From the NCBI RefSeq assembly GCF_009914755.1, contig NC_060926.1: a stretch of DNA of 64,000 nt; one strand, 5' to 3'. The DNA is from the human T2T-CHM13v2.0 reference genome, Homo sapiens. Of the stretch, positions 59,693 through 64,000 are shown piece after piece (positions within the stretch are counted from its first letter, which is position 1; the number at the start of each line of letters is the position of its first letter). The notes under the pieces are model-generated. The model was not told the DNA's origin and made no database searches. It saw only the letters and a list, made by a program, of their open reading frames with translations. The position numbers were made by a program, and so were the translations under genes.

Positions 59693-61935
59693 TAGGTACC
59701 CAGCCTCCAAGACGGCCTGTTCCATGATCCCTGCCTCCTTGTATTCATGCTCCTGTGTGAACTGAGGTCTGCAGCAATCACCTGAGTGAGTCTGGAAGCA
59801 GATTCTCCAGCCCAGCCAAGCCTTGAAATGACAGCAACCCCAGCTGACAGCTAGACTGCAACATGGTGAGACCCAAAGCCAGAACCACCTTCCTAAGCTA
59901 CTCCCCGATTCCTGTCTCTCAGAAATTTTGTAAAATAATAAAGGCTTGTTTTACACTCCTAAGTACCAGGGTAATTTGTTACGTAGCAACAGACTACTAA
60001 TACTTTGGAATAATTTGTTACATAGCAATAGATTACTAATACAGACTTTAGTCCCTGGAAGTGGTGTACTGCTGTAACAAAAATGAAAAACATGGGAATG
60101 GCTTTGGAACCAAGCAGTGGGCTTTGAGGCGTGTAAATGAAAACCTCAAGAAAGAAGCCTCATAGTCTTTGGTAAGGATGCAGGTGAGGACATGGAGGAA
60201 AGTGAGGTAATGTTATCAGAAAGCAGAAGAAGAGGAATCCTGGTTAAGAAGAGGCGGAAGGCTTAGCAACACCATTCCTTGCAGTAATGTGGACTGTAAA
60301 AAATCAATGGGGTGATGTAACTAAGATTTCCAACCAGTGTTCACAGTGCCACCTGGGTTTTTCTTGTGCTTATGTGAAAAAAAGAGATAAGCTAAAGGAA
60401 GGGCTGTTAAACAAAAATGAGCCAGGATGTTGGGGATTTAAAAAATTCTCATCTTCTCCAGATGTGAAACAATGCTAAAATTAAGAAATAACTTCTGAGC
60501 AAAGACCAAATCCAAGGCACTGCCAGGAAAACATGGTCCAAAGATAAAATCAAGGATATGACCATAAAATCTTAAGACCCAGAAAGATCAAAGGCACTAA
60601 TCATTCCAACAAAGGGTGCTATTAAAAATTATAAAGAATGCACCTCATAAATCCAATTAATCACACAATAGGGCTTAATTAAGAGCACTGTTATCAGCAG
60701 AAACTCAATATATTTCAGAGATGTGTAGGTGGTGTGGCTTTTGACTAATAAAATGGAAGCCAGTAACATGCACCAAAGACCTTCCAAGTTTTTAGAAGAA
60801 ATACATATGCAGAAGCATTGCCAGCTAGAATTGAAAGGGATAGAAATAGGATAAAATAAAGTCTTTGAACTCTCAAAATTCTATTAGCAGTAAGTAGACT
60901 GAGAAAACCAACCAGCTGTAAAGCACATGCTTTCTAGGGATCACTCAGAGGGGTGGAAACCAAGAGCCTAGAGGGCAGGGCAGACAGCCATGGAGAATTA
61001 TTCCAGGCCTTCAGACCTAATCAAGAACATCCAACATTTGCCACTTGATTCCAGAATTGCCATGGACCAATGACTCCTTTGTGTCTCCCATTTCCGCCCC
61101 TTTGAAGAGGAAGGGCTACAGGAGTTATCCTATGCCCATCCCACCACTGTATGTTAGGTATATGTGGGGCAGATAAATGGTCTCTCGAGTCTCTCAGGCC
61201 AACAGTGTACTAAAGAAGCTATACTGAAGGAACTACACCCAAGGAGCCACATCCACATCTGGTCCTGATTTAGATGATGAGATTCTAGATTCTGAGCTGC
61301 TGCTGTAATGGGATGACACTTCTGAGGGCCTTGGGAGGGGGTGAGTATATTTTGCATATGGGAGGAACTGAATCAGTGGAGGTTAGAGGGGAAACGGTGG
61401 TAGTCAGCCTCCAAGATGGGCTCCAATAATACCGGCCTCCTGGTATTCACACCCTTGTACTGTTCCCTTCCACATTGTGCTAGGATTGGTCTGTGATCAA
61501 GAGAATATGAGAAGGGCTAGTGTATCACTTCTGAGCTGTTATTGAAAACAGGCGTCTATCCTCGGCACTCTCTTACTTACCTACTCTCTCGGACCTCTCC
61601 ATTTGGGGCAAACAAGCTAACATGTGCTAAGTAGTCCTATGGAGAGGATAAGGTGGGAGGAACTAAAGCCTATGGCCAAAAATCAGCAAGGAACTGAGGT
61701 TTGCCAACAACCACTTGAATGAACCTGAAAGCAGTTTCTCCAGACCCAGTTAGGCCTTGAGATGACTACGGATCTGGCAAACACCTTGACTGCAATCTGG
61801 TAACAGATCCAGAGCAAAAACCACCCAGCTAAGCCAGTCCCCAATTCCTGACCCTCAGAAACTATATAACAAATGATAGCTGCTTTAAGATGCTAAACTT
61901 TGGGATAATTTAGTATGCAGTAATAGATAACTAAG
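59693..61935 (+). mobile_element. MLT1 (MLT1E/F-like) MaLR provirus remnant: LTR-internal-LTR
   Basis: Both ends start cagcctccaaga(c/t)gg...gtattca and end taattt(g/a)...gcag/caata gat(t/a)actaa; internal gctttggaac...atgttatcagaaa...cttagcaacac resembles MLT1-int. Confidence 0.7.
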
Positions 61936-62693
61936 TGGTACAGAACTATTAAAATACGCTGAATCCTAATTATCATATGTTTTATTCCTTTCAGCTGTTA
62001 TTTCATGGGTTTCTATACAAAGAAAAATCAACAATAAAATCGTGATTAGTAATTTCCTCTAACGAAATGACACATCAAGTAACCACACCTTAGGGGTGTA
62101 TATGATATACACAGAAGGTTCTGCCACTACTGCCAGCTATTACACCACGCCAGAACAGGACTATAATTGAAGAGCAGTGATAATAAATCAGTTAACAAGA
62201 AAAGGAGTGGCAAGAGGAAACCATCTGCACAGAAAGTCCGTTGAAAAGGTAGACTAAGGAGACAAAACTGCTCCAAAGGAGTCAGAAGAGCAAAATAACC
62301 AAAATGGCAAACAGCTTGAAAGAGAAATATCCTTGCTAAGCAAAGAGGTGGTAAAAAGGAAGGTGGGGACTGGTAGAAACAATGGAATTTCAAATAGAAA
62401 GCAACCCTTGGAGGGACTAAAGAGAGAGAATGTGGATTTTAAAAGTGTGAATGAGACATTATCTGAAAACAAGAAAAAAAGAGGAAGACTGGGGGAAAAA
62501 AAAAAAGGTAAGAAACAAGATGTATCCATACTACTTGGAAACCACATGTTTGCTGAACATGCTTTTTCAATTCTGACCTCAACCCAGTTAACAGTTTCAA
62601 GCAAGAACACAATAAAGGTAAACTAATGAGGAGAATCATTTCTGACCTCTTGAAAGTACATCTCAATAAATAACATCAATCCTTCTGACTGAA

Positions 62694-62985
62694 TTTTTTT
62701 TTTTTTTTTCTGAGACAGGGTCTCACTTTGTGGCCAGGGCTGGAGTGCAGTGGCTTGATCACCGCTCACTACAGCCTTGACCGCCTTGGTTTAAGTGATC
62801 CTCCGGCCACAGCCTCCCAAGTAGCTGGGACTACACGTATACACCACCACACCCAGCTACTTTTTGTAGAGACAGGGTTTTGCTGTGTTGCCCAGTCTGG
62901 TCTCCAACTCCTGAGCTCAAGCAATCTGCCCACCTCGTCCTCCCAAAGTGCTGTGATTACAAGCATCAGCCATGTACCTGGACCT
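62694..62985 (-). mobile_element. AluJ-like element
   Basis: Reverse dimeric Alu. Confidence 0.87.
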
Positions 62986-63241
62986 TAAAAGATTCAGTAG
63001 CTAACAAACACATATTTGTGAAAAAATCAATCTTAATTGATCACTGACAATATGAAAAAAAAAAGGGAAGCAGACAGAATATGTTAAAACATCAGATGAT
63101 AGTAAATAGGTTATAAATCTCACCATTTTTAAAAATCTGGATTATTTCTTACCTCCCTAGAAATGGAGACTGGGATGGGAACTGATTATAGATGTTTTGA
63201 ACAAATATTTGCCACCTACCATCTTAGGCAATTCAGGTATA

Positions 63242-63588
63242 CAGACTGAGCATTCCCAATCCAAAAATCTGAAATCTGACATGCTCCAAAACCCAAAACC
63301 TTAAAGTGCAGACATGATGTCACAAGTGGAAAATTCCACACCTGACTCCATGTGACTTGTCAAAAACACAGTCAAAACCTTGTTTCATGCAAAAAAAAAT
63401 TATTTAAAGTATTCCATAAAATTAACTTCAGGCTATGCATATAAGGTATATGTGAAATATAAATCAATTTCATGTTTAGACTTGGTCCCACCCCCAAAAT
63501 ATCTCATTATGTATATGCAAATATCCCAAAATCCAAAATCCAAGACGCTTCTGGTCTCAAGCATTTTGGATAAGGAATTATTAACCTG
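63242..63588. mobile_element. Tigger4/MER46-like MITE
   Basis: ta|cagactgagcattcccaatccaaaaatctgaaatc...gcattttggataaggaattattaacctg|ta. Confidence 0.75.
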
Positions 63589-63980
63589 TACCACATCCCA
63601 TTAGTGAGAATATGGTTTAGAAGGGCAGGTAAGAAATATAAATAAGCTCATTATAAAATAAAGCGATTAGGCGATTAGAGCCAAGTACAAAGGGTAAGAG
63701 TAATACAATACCCTTGTATTTCCTTTACTTTCAGGGACTTATGGCAGAACTTACGAAGAATATCACATAGAGAATAGGTACTATCTAAAAGTACACACTT
63801 AGGAAAGATTCTTAAAAGCCAGCTTTATTTTCACTGTAACAGTAATCTTATTCTGGGAAGCGGTGGCTGTCATTAAACCAATTAGGCCTTTGTTAACACA
63901 CTGAGCCCTAAAAACAAAAAAAACAGCTCTCACGAACCAGTTGGTCCAGCCTTTATACAAGCTAAAAATTATGGGGTGGG

Positions 63981-64000
63981 GGCCGGGCGCGGTGGCTCAC
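63981..64000 (+). mobile_element. Start of an Alu cut by the window edge
   Basis: ggccgggcgcggtggctcac is an exact Alu 5' end. Confidence 0.85.

Overview
Human (primate) genomic DNA lying entirely inside the FARSB gene (phenylalanyl-tRNA synthetase beta subunit) on the minus strand. Fifteen coding exons (canonical exons 2-16) can be read with GT-AG boundaries and consistent phases. Exon 1 lies beyond the right edge and the last exon beyond the left edge. Intron 2 holds a 2.5-kb TSD-flanked, poly(A)-tailed processed pseudogene of the TRIM60/TRIM61 family. It keeps the full RING/B-box/coiled-coil/PRY-SPRY layout and a spliced 5'UTR built from MER5A and exonized antisense Alu arms. The rest is intron rich in Alu, L1, L2, MIR, MaLR and DNA-transposon fossils. 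I found no new multi-gene biological system. The best leads are the retrocopy, a nested and inverted L1 3' transduction, a chimeric AluYa5, internally amplified Alus, diverged duplicated intronic blocks and a candidate alternative last exon. Repeat boundaries and subfamily calls are by eye; protein identities rest on recalled sequences, not a search.
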